NCBI GenBank assembly: GCA_973895155.1
Contig: OZ316892.1
Span: 18,590,357-18,654,356, forward strand
DNA from: Marsupella aquatica
Lineage: Eukaryota; Plantae; Marchantiophyta
Reading direction: 5' to 3'
Length of the DNA: 64,000 nucleotides
Shown: positions 36,073 to 49,913 of the stretch, in pieces
How the letters are laid out: every line of letters begins with the position of its first letter
Position numbering within the stretch: position 1 is the first letter of the stretch
Translations under genes and position numbers: made by a program
Notes under the pieces: model-generated
What the model was told of the DNA's origin: nothing
What the model saw: only the letters and a program-made list of their open reading frames with translations
Database searches by the model: none

Positions 36073-39000
36073 TCACTGCTTAGGCCTGCCCTTTCTTGCA
36101 GATCCCTCTGCATCTCTACCTCGTTTGGGACCAGTACTTGGTCCTGGATTTGCTCTGGACCTACAGGCCTTAGCCAATTCAATGTGTAATTTGGCATTGT
36201 TTTCCATTGTAGCATGGAAATCAACGTCTGTGTAATCACCTAACACCCTTGTGGACCTGGATTCTTTGTGGAGGATTGTTCTCCATGCTATCCCCTTCTC
36301 ATTGGGGTGGAAGAAAACCTGCTCCACTTGCTTTGGGAAAACGTAATCCATTTTCTTGGACACACCCAGTTCTCTATGGAAATTCACTTGCCAAAGACCA
36401 GACTCAGAATACCTCATACTGGCAGAGGATTTAGGAGTCCATGATGGATCTGCCCATTTCCCTTTGAAAAGAATCACCCCTTTCCTCAAGCTGCCGTAAT
36501 TCAGTACTAAGATATCTGTCAAGGCCCCTACATACTGTACAGATTCTTCTCTAGTTGCGCTTGACCTGTCCACTCGCTTCTCAGTGAATGTCGAAGCCAT
36601 CCCAGAATCAAAAGTGCTGAATGCACCAGAATCACAATCACTCAAACACCCCAAGGATGGAATAGTCCTCTAGTGATGCCCATAGGCTCTGCATGCCCTA
36701 TACAGTCGTGCCTTCAAACTAGGTGGTGTGGAGTATGCAGATAGTAATGACCGCTCAGACTCTGTCTCAAAATTATGGGTATTGACTAATGTTTGAAACC
36801 ATTCCCTGAAAGGTGGCAGTTCTTGGCAATCAAGGGGAAATTCCACTGGTTTTCTTCGATTGGCAGGCTTCCTCATCCATTCCTTCCGGAAATCCACTCT
36901 TTGTTTGGTAACAGTCTCATTGGTAGCATCATATATCCTACATGGCAACAACAACACTCAAGACATTAGTGCACGATCCACCATGAATATACAAACACAA
37001 TGGGGCAGCATAATTATGATGCATATGGTACAGGGTTTACATACCTATACCATGGAGCCACTGTCTCTTCATTCTCCAATATATAATGATGCATGGCCAT
37101 CATTTCATCTGACCAATTCAAAGTTATCTCCTTTGCAGCCCCTTCCAAGACAATGCCTGCAACGCCAGCATCCTCCTCCAACTCCCAGGTTCGTTTTCCC
37201 TCTCCCTTAGCATCAATCATGTATTCAGAAAGGAATCCCAAAGACTCATCTAATACATAGCCTTCAGCCATAGAAGCCTCTGGACGTGCCTTGTTTTGTA
37301 CATAACCCTTCAAAACCTTCAGGTTCCTCTCTATTGGGTACATCCATCTGCCTGTAACTGGGCCACACAAGTCTAATTCCTCCACTAGGTGAATCATTAA
37401 ATGGGTCATGACATCAAAGAAGCTTGGTGGAAAATGGATTTCCACAATGCAGAGAGTGAATGCAACATCCATCATCAAATTCTCATACATTGAAGGGTCC
37501 CACACCTTCGTACAGATCTGGCGATAGATATTGCTCATCCCAGCTATGGCCAAGCGAACCCCTTCATCAAGTAATCCCATTGTTGCCAGAGGGAGAATCT
37601 GTTGCATGAGTTGGTGGAAATCATGTGATTTCAACCCAGAGAGTTTCTTGGATTTTGTAACACACTTTGCCAAAGAACTTGAAAAACCAGTGGGCCCTTT
37701 CAAGGTCAATAACACCTCCAAGAACCTTGTTGTTTCCTTCTTGCTCAGGCAATATGGGGCTGGGGGCATCAACAATTTGTCATCCTTACGCTTGGGAGCT
37801 GGATTGGGTACAAGCCATAGGTGTTGGCGTACCTGTAAGAGCTTCAGGTCTTCTCGCACAGAAGGAGTGTCCTTGGTCCCAATGATAGTGTGCACAATGT
37901 TGTGTGCAAGATTCTTCTCACAGTGCATGGGATCTAGACAATGGTTAATGAGTAGTTCCTGCAGTGGACACACAATTCAGAAATTAGGGCACTGAATACA
38001 ACAATTACAAAATCTGGGCTACAGGAAGTAAACACATTTCAAAGTCATATGAAGAGATTGCAGAAATTCATTGTAGTAGTATGGAGTCTTACGTTCCAAT
38101 AGGGTAACTTGTACAGACTAGTAGCCCTCTTCACTCCATGCACCTTTATGGGGCAGCTCTCATCCTCAACCTTGGTTCCTCCCTTCTTCAAATATTCTGT
38201 TGTCTCGTCTCCCCACTTCTTTCTATCAGAGCTTGACATTCTACACGGTGCAGGTCGGCTCTCAATTGCACCATCAAAGTATTGTGCACTGTCTGGTCTA
38301 CGAAAAAGATGCCTTGCTGCTAACCATCGACGGTGGCCACTGTACTCTAATTTCTGCAAGTGCTTAGAACCACGTGCCACACATTTTGGCCCACAGATGA
38401 CACATCCTTTGTATCCAGCGTGTTGTTGTCCAGATATTAAACCATATGCAGGGTAATCATTGATTGTCCACAATAGCACAGCCCTTAGGTTGAAGTGTTG
38501 AGACAATCCTGGGCGTGGCAATTTGTCAAAGCAGGGCACTCCTTTCGTCCACAACAGCTCCAGCTCCTCATAGAATGGGCCCAATCTTATGTCCAGTTGT
38601 TCCTCTGTTACTGAATCAGGTCCTGGAATCAGCATAGCTAGCATGACAAAGAACTTCTTGGTGGTAAGCCAAGGAGGTAAATTGTAATTCAACAACAAGA
38701 TTGGCCAGGTAGACCAAGCTGTGGAATTATTCCCAAAGGGATTCACCCCATCAAGTGCCAACCCAAATCGCACATTCCTTGGTTCAGCTGCAAATTTTTT
38801 ATCAATATTTGTATCCACATGCTTCCAAGCCTTGGAATCTGCTGCGTGCCAAACCATGTTGTCTGTGCTTCTATTCTCATGATGCCAAGTCATGAGTTTA
38901 GATGTACCAGCAGTGGCATACAATCTCTTCAACCTGGGAATTATAGGGAAATACCGCACCACCTTCCTTGCCTGTAATGAATTCCCCACTCTCTTCATCT

Positions 39001-39939
39001 TGGGCTGCTAACACACTGAACAGTTTTCTAACTTGGCATTTTCACCCCTAAAGAGCATGCAACCTTTCTCACAGACAGGGATTCTCTCATAATCCAAGCC
39101 AAGCTTTCTCAATAGCTGCTTTGCAGCATATAAGTTCTTGGGCAGATTATGCTCTGCAGGCATACCATGCTCCCCCATCAAAGACAACATGCATTCACTC
39201 CTTTGTTTGAGAATCCATGGCCATGACAGATGTTCAGCAGAAGCAACATGAATGACACAACATATATTTTGCTGCCTGGGAACAAAGGTTGCATTGCTGC
39301 ATCTAAAGATAACTGTGCAGGATCAGTCTCCACAGGAGTTTTGGAGGTTTGAAGGGGGTTTACAGGATGGGCACCTCCTTCACTCTCATCATCCCCAAGT
39401 ACAAAATCCAAGTCAAAACGGTCCTGATCATCTAGCTCATGCTCAGGGGATTCTTCACTGGTTCTCAGCAACGTTTCTTCCAGTAGAGCCCTGATATGTT
39501 CTTTGACATCTATAGTTGGATGTTCTTGAACATCCACAGTTGGATACTCTGGAACATCCACAGTTGGATACTCTGGAACATCTACAAATAAATGTTCTTC
39601 AACATCTATAGTTGGCTGTTGTGCACAGGTTGCCTGCTGAAGGTTTGCTACCCTCAATGCCTCAGGGCCATGTTGTAACATGTAGTCAGCACCCCACTCT
39701 TCATCAGAAGAGTCCTGTCCCTGTTTAATAAGGTGCAGTCTAGCAGTATTCCGATTAGTCCTATAATTCCCTTTGCAGTTCACACAAGGGCAGTACATCT
39801 TATGGTCCCCACTCTTGTGGCAGGCCTTCTGTTCTCGAACCCACAAAGCATCATCACGATGTTGTACTCTAGCTGGATGGAAGAGCGGCAACTTTGGAGT
39901 TCTACCCACACCTAACGTATTCTGTGGCAATTGTGCCAT
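36073..39939 (-). pseudogene. CACTA-2 TnpD transposase, two introns, several lesions (~39180, 39008, 36670)
   Basis: CPCVNC; YFPIIPRLKRLY; GLALDGVNPF; YNLPPWLTTKKFF; NDYPAYG; DPMHCEKN; KSHDFHQLMQ; FPPSFFDVMTHL; RWMYPIER; YVFPKQVEQVFF. Confidence 0.95.
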
Positions 39940-40512
39940 GCTAGCTTGATTGAAATTGTATTCAAACTATGATTTTCAAACTGAATCAGAGTGACATGCA
40001 TACAAAATTGGGCCTACCGTCACAGTTGTACAACCGATGCCAACCACAGTCCAATTGCTCAAACCCACAGAGCCCAGTTTCTCAAATCCACTGTAGTAGG
40101 ACACCTTCTCCTTCTTGCATACAAATAGAGCATCACATACAATGTCATCAGAATGATACTATGAACGTAAATCTCTGTGCCTTCATCATTTCCAGTATTT
40201 GTTTGCCTATTAGGAATGTGAGCAGACAGGTCTGGAATAAGTAACGTTTGTGACACCAGTGACAAATTTACAAGTGAAGTTTAGACATCAATATGGAGGA
40301 AAGTCACACTCAAAGCACTTGCTTGAAAATCAGAATCCTACCCTGGAAAAGATAATAAAGTTGATTTCTCAAAATTAATTGCCTCAATCCGCAATGCACT
40401 GTCGTAGAGTGTGTATACATGAGGAGTTCATCAAACTGCATATAAATAGTCCACATGTTTTAGCACTCTGAAAATTGTTTAAGTGCACGTGAAACCATCA
40501 AAAAGCTCTATC

Positions 40513-41199
40513 TCAAGTTTGTGTTCCATCCAGCCTCAATGAAATCCAAGATATGTGGCTCCTAGCAGGAGTGCCTAGTGTAGGGTCAATGTCATGGTCA
40601 GGACAGTAAAACATCCCCTTCTTGGGCTGCCCATGCGCTGAGTGATCCCAAATTGTTCGATCATGGGCAAATCCCCTCTACTGGATAAACAGCAGGCAGT
40701 CCTTGTGCCATGCCTTAGGACACCTCATGCACTGAACCAAAAAGCCATTAGCCCCATCATTGGGCCCCTGTCCACAAGTAAGACAAATATGGAGTCCACA
40801 TGATGCTGTGCCAGGAACCAAACACTACCGATAGTAAAACCGGGCACAGAGAGAGTCTGGACATTTTCTTACCTCTTCACCAATTTTTCCAGACACATGG
40901 CACTTAAAGCAAGAATGTTCCTCATTCTTGCAATCAACACAAAGCCATTCTCCAACATGGCCATCAGCGAGGGATATAGTTGGGCATAGCCATTGCTGAC
41001 CCAAAGGACAGGAAACATTCTTATGGAAATGTCGGTGGCAAGGCCCATCACAAACAATGAGATCCCCTCCCTCATCACAAATTGCACATACATGTGGACT
41101 ATTCTGGTTAATCTCAATGTCTGAATATAAGGACAATTGAGGTGCTTGAGAGGATTCACCTCTGCAACGATTCATGGCCTTCTGCTTATTGCGAGCCAT
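40513..41199 (-). pseudogene. EDM2-like PHD-finger gene (copy 2), two in-frame TAGs (40825, 40678)
   Basis: VCAICDEGGDLIVCDGPCHRHFH...CVDC...HSCFKC...CPDSLCARFY...CGLHIC...CMRCPKAWHKDCL...DHSAHG..FYCPDHDIDPTLGTPARSHISW; 229 codons, collinear with copy 1. Confidence 0.8.
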
Positions 41200-41215
41200 G
41201 GTCCTGCACACTCAG

Positions 41216-44200
41216 TGTCGCGCCGCTAACCTGGGCCTTAAATCCAGTTTAGTGCCATGGTGCGACCTCGACCACCAGTAAGGGTGAGGGTTCGGGCAAG
41301 GAGGTGTGTAGTGACCTCAATTAGCCCTAAGTCGGGCTAAGTTGATATACTTACCGGTATAACACCTGAATAATTCGTACTAGTCATAGGTATATTTGTT
41401 TTCCACCGCTGGAATATTCCCTCAGTTAGTGACTCGGACTAACTCCCGGCTTGGGGCCTTTCAAGCCATCGACACGACAGGACCTTGTGACATACAATGA
41501 GTGGCAATCCCTACCATTAGTCCGCACCCGGTACGTCCCTTAAAATGGCGCCTTTACCCAGACAAAGCATACACACAACACCAGTTACTTGCAGAAACAT
41601 TAGGGGGAAAAGACTACATTTACTCAGTGAAGCATCAGTTTACATGGTTGACTCGACTTCAAAGGGGGTCAGCAGGCCCAACGGCAGTCGATGCCCAGTC
41701 TCTACGAGGCCCTGCCTCGCACTTGCCCAGCAAGCTCGACTCTGGCTCTCACTCCTTGGTGCACTCTGACTCTGCTTAGGCCGGGACTCCCCGTGCCTCA
41801 CCTTCCCTCTGCTGAGATAACTAAGCCTTCTCCCCTTCCTTAGCGGAAGGGGAAGCCTAAATACTACAATCGCGGAGGAGAGCCGGAGGATACTGCCTTC
41901 CGGGATACTACCTACTGACTAACTACCTACTGACTACTGGCCGTGCCGCACTGACTGGTTGACCGTCGACGACAAGGTGCCGACCGGAATGGCAACGGCC
42001 AAGCCTACTGACTAATTCTAGTCCGTTGATGGACTCCATCCTACGTTGGCTGATCCTAACTGATCCGGCCCTAATTCTTCTTACTGCTGCTAATCGGCGC
42101 CTAATGACAGTCATTCTGTCGTTACGCCTAACCAAAAGATGCCGCTGACTTAACTGCCTCGCACGGCGCCTGCTTCCACTCTTCGCTAACCACCCCTTAC
42201 GTGTGTGCAGTGGTTGGACCAAGGCTGGTCCCCTTGTCGGGACGAGACCTCGAGCCGCCTTGATCAGAGGTGGGCCCAGGTTTTCCCCGCTGGAGGATGA
42301 GCAGGGTAATGCGGTCCTGCAAGGCCTTGTTGTCCCGTACCGCCTCCTCCGCCTCATTTGCAGCTTCATCGACCTCGGTCTGGAGCCGCGCTACCTCCAG
42401 ATTGAGCTGGTCGATGGAGTTGCGATGGATCTGGTCCTGTGCTAGCAATTTATCTCGTTCGGCGGAGAGACTAGCCACCTGCTGTGCTGCCTACAGGAAT
42501 TGTTTGTTGAGGTCGGTCAGGCTGGTAACCCGAGCCGAAGATTCTGAGCGTAATTGAAGCACGGTGTCATCCAGCTTCTTGAGTTCGACCTGCGCTCTGC
42601 TTAACTCCTGGTTTAGTCCATCCCTCTGTTCGACGGTGTGGACTAACTCCTCACGTCGGGTTGTTGCCTCCTCCTCAAGGTGCTCTACCAACATCTGGAG
42701 GCGCCCGATCTCATTCCCCTTCGCCATGAGTTCTTCTTCCAGGCGGCTTACGATCCGTGGTTGGTGCTCTAACATGAAGAAGGCTGGTTGAAAGTACGCC
42801 GAGACTTGTTGTCCGATGTACGTCGCCAGCTCCCCAGACATAGTCTGGCTAAACTTCTGGACCAGGTCGTAGGCCATGGTCCCCGGGGCTACTTGGTAGT
42901 CCTCCATCCTCTCGGGTACCGGTGGTTCCTCGGCAGGGGCAATGAGCTCCTCCGTAGTCAGCGCTGGGGAGGGGAAGGTCTCTTCAGGTGGTGGAGGGAT
43001 TGGGGGTGGTTGTACTGCGGGTAGCGGAGGCTCGATGGAAGGGGGCGGCGGAATTTCCACAGGGGGCGATGGCGGAGTATTAGTCGGGGCTTCCGGCTCG
43101 GGGTTTGCCCGAGGGACGGTAGTCCGCGTAGTCGGGGTTGCCTCCTCTGGGGCGGGGGTGACATTACCCGGGGCTGAGGTGGCCATATTCTTTCCTCTGG
43201 CCTCCCGCCGTGCCTTGTACCAGGTGAGGATAATGGCGATATGACTTCCAAGTAAGTCTTCCCCCCAATAGCCATACCACCTTGAGCCCGCTTCAGCTCC
43301 CCCGAGAATCTTCGGTAGAAGAATTGGGCCCAGTTTCGTTGTTTGTACTGTTCCACCTGCAAAATCGTGTAGAGGGAATCTCGGATCGTGGCTCAATCAT
43401 GTGTAGGGTAGTCCGTATGAAGTTAAGCCGCTCCATACAGGTTAAGTTGGTGCACGCCCCCTGCTTGTATCCGTTGTCCGTCTTACCCTCGGGTTTGAAG
43501 TGCCACGGCGTATACTCCTTATCCCGAATTCGGATTTCCACCGGCACCGGCCCGGTTGGTAGGCAGAAGATTTGCGTTAACTGATGCTCCATGAGTGATA
43601 AGGCCTGCCCCAAAACCTTGGTGGTCAATGCGTTAGTGTCAAAATTGGAGATGAACTCACAAATCTCCTTCGGCCCAGCGGCGCACGGCCTCCATAGCAA
43701 GTGGGCGAACCGCTCCAACTGATGCTCCTTGAGATAGTCCGCATGTTCGAGTTTCTTGATCGCGATCCAGACTACTTCGGGGACGCGGATTACCTGTAAT
43801 AAGTTGGACTTCGGGTTATCCGGGGGCCATCGGGTCTGGTTGGTCGGGGGGTTTGCCGGGCAGGTGCAGGCGCGGCGTCGGTCCGTGTTGATTCGGGGGC
43901 CGTCGTAGTCCTTGGCCGCTTACAAGGACGCTGTTCGAGTTGCAGACTAGCTCGCTCGGAACCCGAAGAACACTTCGTGTTGATTACTGGACGGAATTGG
44001 GACTGTTTCGGCGGTACTCCGGTGGTCATCGGTTGAGGCACTGGTGGTATCGGGGTAGCCATATCCCAGTTGAAGGCATTGGAGCTTTCCCCGAGGAACG
44101 TAAGATTACGCGCCGCTTCCCGTTGTCTGTTGATGTCTTCCTGGCGCTTTTCGGCTGCGATCTGCTGGTCTAGGTACTCCGGAATCTTGTCGAACTCTGC

Positions 44201-45060
44201 TTGAGTAAGCCGCTGGTTGCCCTTCAGCTTAAAGAACTTCGCTGGAACCTCAAGAATCGCCTCAGCTACCGATCTAAGCCCTTCCTCGCTGAGATATAGT
44301 TCGGTGATGTAGTCTCGCAGCTCGTTGTAGCTGGAATCCCTGGTGATGGCTGTCCTTTCGCAATTAACTAGTGCTACCTTGGTCACCAGCCTCGCGTATC
44401 TTTGTTCGTAAGCGGCTTTCTCAGGGCAAGAGTACCAGTAAGTCTCGGAGAACTTAGCACCTACCTCGCCAAACAAGGTCCAAAATCCCAAGGCTGTGAG
44501 GGTCATACTAACCTCGTAGTCCGGTTCGTTGAGTCCGTGTTCCCACCCGGCTGGTCCTCTGTCTCGTGGAGGCCTCGCTCGTCCTGACTAAATCTCGCCA
44601 CATTCCGCTCTTCTCCCTCGATAATCTCCTTGTGAAGGTCGACTCGATTCAATCAGCAGGGCGAGTGGGTGGCAACGTCCATGAATTCAAAGAAAGGTAG
44701 ACATGAGCAAATGGCCCACAGCACCATCGGCTCCTCTCTTATGGAGGTGCTAGGATGAGCCCAAGCGTGAGAAGGCCACGCCGTTTTGGTCATTGATAGC
44801 GAGCTGAAGTCAGCGCCTCGGTCCAAGCGTGATTCTTCTAACTGATTTTTACTCCGCTGCCGCCACCGTACCTCGGTCGCGCGTAATAATCCCCTTCCTT
44901 AACTTGTAATGATTCGATCATCTTAACCTACTCCTAATCTAATCATAATGGCAACAGACGGCTATACGTGCTATTCTACACTATGGCTACGGTCCTAATG
45001 ACCGTATAAGTCCTAATCTACGACCTGGGTTCGGTCAAGTGATACGTTACCCGTGTCACA
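41216..45060. mobile_element. Insertion B: 3,845-bp TG...CA unit with 5-bp TSD CTCAG (probable solo LTR carrying a degraded ORF)
   Basis: ctcag|TGTCGCGCC ... CCGTGTCACA|ctcag. Minus-strand ORF pieces 43790-44506, 43293-43718, 42491-43396 and 42197-42478 are homologous to the insertion A protein. Confidence 0.85.
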
Positions 45061-48000
45061 CTCAGACCCTACATCAGATTGTGAAACAAGAAGGAATAAC
45101 AGGGTGCAGCATGACACAAAAGAATGAGGGTGCAGCATAAAATATGACATGTAACCACAAGGGTGCAGCATAAACCAATGCTTTATAGATGGCAAAGCAT
45201 TTAGGACTGAGCAGCGCAAATAACCTTGGCCTATGATTGGAAGCAATCACAAATATTGCAACCTGTATGCCTTCGCTTGCTGTACAGCAGTGCTCACTCA
45301 CCTTGCCTTTTTAAAATCTGTAAGGGCAACACAGAACAAATAGCAATTGAGTTTCAACAAAGCATTCATTTGGCTCTCAAGTTTTAAAATGGACAGAGCA
45401 AACACAACAATGTGCACAACAAAGCACAGAGAGCAACAAAACTCCAGCAAACTGGGACTCAGGCAAGAGATACGAATTTTAGCAGCGAAATCAAATCAAG
45501 ATTCAGACCTGTGAGTTCAACATGCAGTGCTCACTCACCCTGCCCTTTTTTAAATCTGTAAAAATCAAGTTTTATTGTGTGCCTTCTACATCTTAAGCTA
45601 CTGCACACATCTGTTACAGAACCATAAGTTGCTATACTCTCAACAAGCTGCTGGTCCACCCAATTTTTCAAAAGCTGCACCGTACTCTATCTTCGTGCAC
45701 AAATGACTATACCGGGCTGCTGTCAGAGACCCTTACAAAGAATTTAAAATTGACCAAGCTGATTTTAGTTTAGTTTCGTCCAGTTTGCAGACCAAAGGAA
45801 ATCATGTGGCTGTATTCATTGCTGTGTATGGATGTTGTGTGAACATCAGACAGTTAGCTGTAAATTACCATAGTTGAAGAGCAAGGCTTGTACAAAAGCC
45901 ACTAAGGAATTCTCTGAGGTGGCACAGCAGTTGGCAAACCACACACGAAACTCTGAAACTTTTTGGCGACAAAATTCTACAGAGTCGCTGCTGGAATCAA
46001 GTGAGGATTCACCATACATGCCTGCACTGCTCTTCAGTAAAAAAAAGAGAAAAGAAAAGGGCTATGATACAGAGGGATGTCAAAAGAAGAGTAAGGAAAC
46101 CAATTCATTGAGGAACATAGATAGACTAAGGAAAACATCATACAATGGAAAACTAAGGACTACATTGTAATAATAAGAGATCAAGCTCACCTTGCACCAC
46201 AAAGATTGTCACGAGTCACCTCGCAGTTCCTCGCAGCTTAGGTCCAGGATGACATTTCAATATGGAGGAGAGGAGTTTACTCATTTAAAACAGAGAAGGA
46301 GTGGCATCTACAGGGACTTTGGCAACACACTGAAAAGGTTGGCGATACATCAGGTTATCTTTCTAGGTTGACACTGCCAATAGAATTTTGAACACAACAA
46401 ACACAACAAACACTGCCAGATATAGAATTTTGAACACAAGGGTATGGCATCCTGATTTGCCTAACTCAATCAACTTAATAGCATATTTTTATGTTCAATT
46501 AGGCAGCACTAAATAGAACAGCCTTTCACGCAGTCAGAATAATTGGCAATAATTGCCAGACGACAACAAGACAACAAACTGAACTGAACATAGCAGACAA
46601 ATCCAACAAGTAGCAATCAGAAATCAACAGCAGACAGACAGAGGACAACTCGGTCAGAACTCGGGCACTTGATTTAGTTGTGGTAAATAGCCTTTCAAGT
46701 TCTGGACAAGCAAGAGCAATACATGAGCAGACTCCAGAAAAATCATCTCTTGAGATTGAGGAGAAAGGCATTCCCCAGCCAGCTTACCTATGTCTTGAAA
46801 AATGTATCGGACATCGTGGACGTTGGGCCTCAGCTGCTGGCCGCAAGGGAAGATTTTTCCAAAACAAACAATAAAGCTCGAAGATAGTTAAATTTCTTAG
46901 GTCATTCTAAATGGGGACTGAATTAGCAATTAGAACTAGTAAACCCTGATCTTGGGCAAGCAGAGAGAGAAGACTCTGCGCCTAATACTTATGTCTACCC
47001 GAATTTTACTGGGACATATGAGCATTGGGATGGCATTGCAAAGCAGAATTTTGTAGCAGTGGAAGGAATCAACATAGATAGCAGTGGAAGGTCGCAGTGG
47101 AGCTAGCATGGGACAGGGAAGGAAATGCAGGCACTTGTGATGCAAAAGGCTATAGAGGGTGAGAAGGTGGACAACCAAACTCAGCAAACTCAAAGAACAT
47201 GTAGCAAATGGCAATAGAATTGAAGATCAGAGAACCTGAGTGGGCAAAAAATTGATATAGATTGTAATGGGCAATAAAGAAGCTCAACCGGGAGACTAGC
47301 AGTAGTGGAGACAGTTCCGTCTTAAATGGAAAAGGAGAGATATATACAATAAAGAGAGACGTCCTTTAAAGTAGAAATTGTCTGAAAAGTAAGTGCAGAT
47401 AAGTGCATGCAACAGGAGCGGTCACATACAAATTGAGCAGATCCTCTCAAGGCTACAGAGGGCGAGAAGGTGGACAACCAAACTCAGCAAACTCAAAGAA
47501 CAAGTAGTAAATGGCAATAGAATAGAAGATCAGAGAACATGTAGCGAATGGAGAGGGATAGATAGAGAAAAAACATAAGCAGAGAGCTCTGGCACACAGC
47601 AACACAGGTTCCAACACAGCACATTGCAGGTCCCAGGCTGGGGTGGAGCCGGAAGTGGAGAGCACAGAGCAACCAGGCAAATCACAGCATGGGCGCCAAT
47701 GGGAATAAGGTCAATACCTTTGAGGCGGAAGCTAGCAGGCCTCAACTTGCAGGTAGCAGCTTGTGCTCTGTTGCCTTCCGCAAGTAGCTTGCACTCTCAG
47801 CTTCCGCAATGAGTCGCCCTCTCCCCTTTTGCAAGCAGCTGCTCGACCTCTCCCCTTCCGCAAGCAGCTTGCCTTCTCCCCGTCCGCAATCAGGTCACCT
47901 CTCCCCTTCCGCAAGCAGCTCGCACCCACTTAAACCACAACTCGGGGTACATAAGGACCCCAAGCCCTGCCCACGAGCGTGCCACTCTGCCCGCTGGGTC

Positions 48001-48539
48001 AGAGACCAGTTCGAACCCGAGGGACTAACCCGGGGTCAGCAGGGCCGCCCTCCCCTCTCCCACCAGCCCTAGACTGCGACGAGCTGCCCCTACGAGCTGC
48101 TCGCCTCCTCCCCGCTCCTCCCTTCGACCCCTGCGAGCTGCTGGCCTCCTGCAAGCTGCTCGCCTCCTCTCACACTCCTCCCTTCAAGGTTTTGGCTACC
48201 ATAGCCAGCCACAGTGTGCCCATGCTCGTTGCACCATCTGCTGCCCCTGGTTGCTGTTGCCACTCAATCGATTGTCGAAGCTTGATGCATCCTTGGCTGT
48301 TGGTGCTTCATTCAACTTGCTGCTTCATTCGACTTGCTGCTGACTTCAACTCGCTGCTGCTGGGGCTGTTGCTGCCGAGGCTCGCTGCTGCCTCCCAGCT
48401 GAATGTGTATGGCCTCCTCCCTTTGAGCTTACGGCTGCCATAGCCATCCACGGACTGCCCTACTCACTGCGCCCTTGGCTGCCCCTGTTTGCGAAGCTCT
48501 TGGCTGCCCCTACTCGCTGTTGCTGCTCGATTTCCTGCT

Positions 48540-49140
48540 TGATCTCGCTGCTGAAACAATTTTGTGCTTCAACTCAACTTGCTGCTAAATAGATTTGCTG
48601 TTTCAACTCATTGCTTGAACTCGCTGTTGAAGCTCACTGCTGAAGCTCGCTGCTGAATCTTGCTGCTGCCTCGGCTCTTGCTGCTGAAGCTCGCAGCTTC
48701 AACTCGCTGCTGCCCTCGCTCGCTGCTGCCTTGGTCCAAGCTCGCTTGCTGCTGAAATCTTGCTGCTGCCTCGGCTATTGCTGCTGAAGCTCACTGCTTC
48801 AACTCGCTGCTGCCCGAGCTTGCTACTGCCTTGGTTCAAGCTCGCTTGCTGCTGCCTCGGCTGTTGCTGCTGAAGCTCACCGCTTCAACTCGCTCTTGCC
48901 CTCACTCATTGCTGCCTTGGTCCAAGCTTGCTGCTGAATCTTGCTGCTGCCTCGGCTGTTGCTGCTGAAGCTCGCCGCTTCAACTCGCTGCTGCCCTCAC
49001 TTGCTGCTGCCTCGGTCCAAGCTCGCTGCTTCAACTTGTTGCTGCCTCTGTCCAAGCTCTCTTGCTGCTTCAACTCGCTTCTGCCTTGGGTCCCTCACCA
49101 ACCTCGATTGCTGCTCAAGCTTGCTCATTGCTGCAGGTCA
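48540..49140. repeat. Degenerate GCTGCT-rich minisatellite inside the Kolobok element
   Basis: Repeated tgctgctgcctcggct..tgctgctgaagctc.c.gcttcaactcgctgctgccc units. Confidence 0.8.
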
Positions 49141-49430
49141 AGGTTGCTCGCTCCATAGCTCAAGCTCCTTGCTCATGCCGTTGTGCCCACATTCCAGCTT
49201 CAGCTTCACTAGGGATAGTGTCAACTCTCTGGTCCCCTCTCCTCCTTCGTTACATTGCAATGTCAATTTTTGAGCAATGTAGTATTCATGTCTTGTTGCA
49301 ATGAGTCAGACTTGGTTTTGGGTGATTTGAGTCGGTCTCTGCTGGATCTCTATTGTTGAATTCATATTTTATGTGAGTGTTGGGCAGCAACAGCATATGT
49401 GATATTTGAGTGTTTGATTTTTTCAGGAAC

Positions 49431-49829
49431 ATGGCACCAATTCGAAAGTTGAGAGCCACATTGACTGAACATGACAATGGGACCTACACCTTGAGTTGGC
49501 AGGATCCTGCTGATGTTGGCGATGCTCCACCTATTGTCCGGACTGTCACATTGGAACAAGTCCAAGCTGATTTTCCTGAATTCTCTACTACAATTTCAGA
49601 GTGTCACATGGATCTCAATCCTGTAGTCCCGATTGAACAATTTATCATGTGCGCAGCATACAGTTATGCTGAAACTGTCATGAGAAGGAAAAGATTTCAG
49701 GTCTACACTCACTTGGCTTACATAGCAGGGTTTTCTGATAGAACCAAGTTTCCCGAAGCTGTTGAAGCTTGTGTGAAGGCGACTTGGCATGATGAAGGGG
49801 AGGAATTTGTAGGATTTATTCCAAATTAG
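49431..49829 (+). CDS. KolX-like protein (P2X7 ballast/nanor-type C-terminal motif)
   Basis: RRKRFQVYTHLAYIAGFSDRTKFPEAVEACVKATWHDEGEEFVGF resembles R..AY......G...R...P.CV...IR..FP...Y.GF. Tail-to-tail with the transposase; splice acceptor at 49426. Confidence 0.6.
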   Translation: MAPIRKLRATLTEHDNGTYTLSWQDPADVGDAPPIVRTVTLEQVQADFPEFSTTISECHMDLNPVVPIEQFIMCAAYSYAETVMRRKRFQVYTHLAYIAGFSDRTKFPEAVEACVKATWHDEGEEFVGFIPN

Positions 49830-49913
49830 GAGTACACAGGCTTCTGCTATATATGTTTCACATTTGTTTGAAATTTCTGCCAAGATCTACTAATAAACTG
49901 TTTGCAGAGTATA

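Noticed and set aside
7388-42493. Many otherwise open genes carry one or two in-frame TAG/TGA codons, suggesting readthrough or recoding
   Set aside because: These are readily explained by C>T/G>A decay of methylated TE DNA; the 42-bp duplication near 22920-23000 directly shows CAG>TAG, and frameshifts also occur.
45066-47930. Host gene in the region with scattered splice-like signals and short duplications
   Set aside because: No recognisable protein could be assembled; left unannotated.
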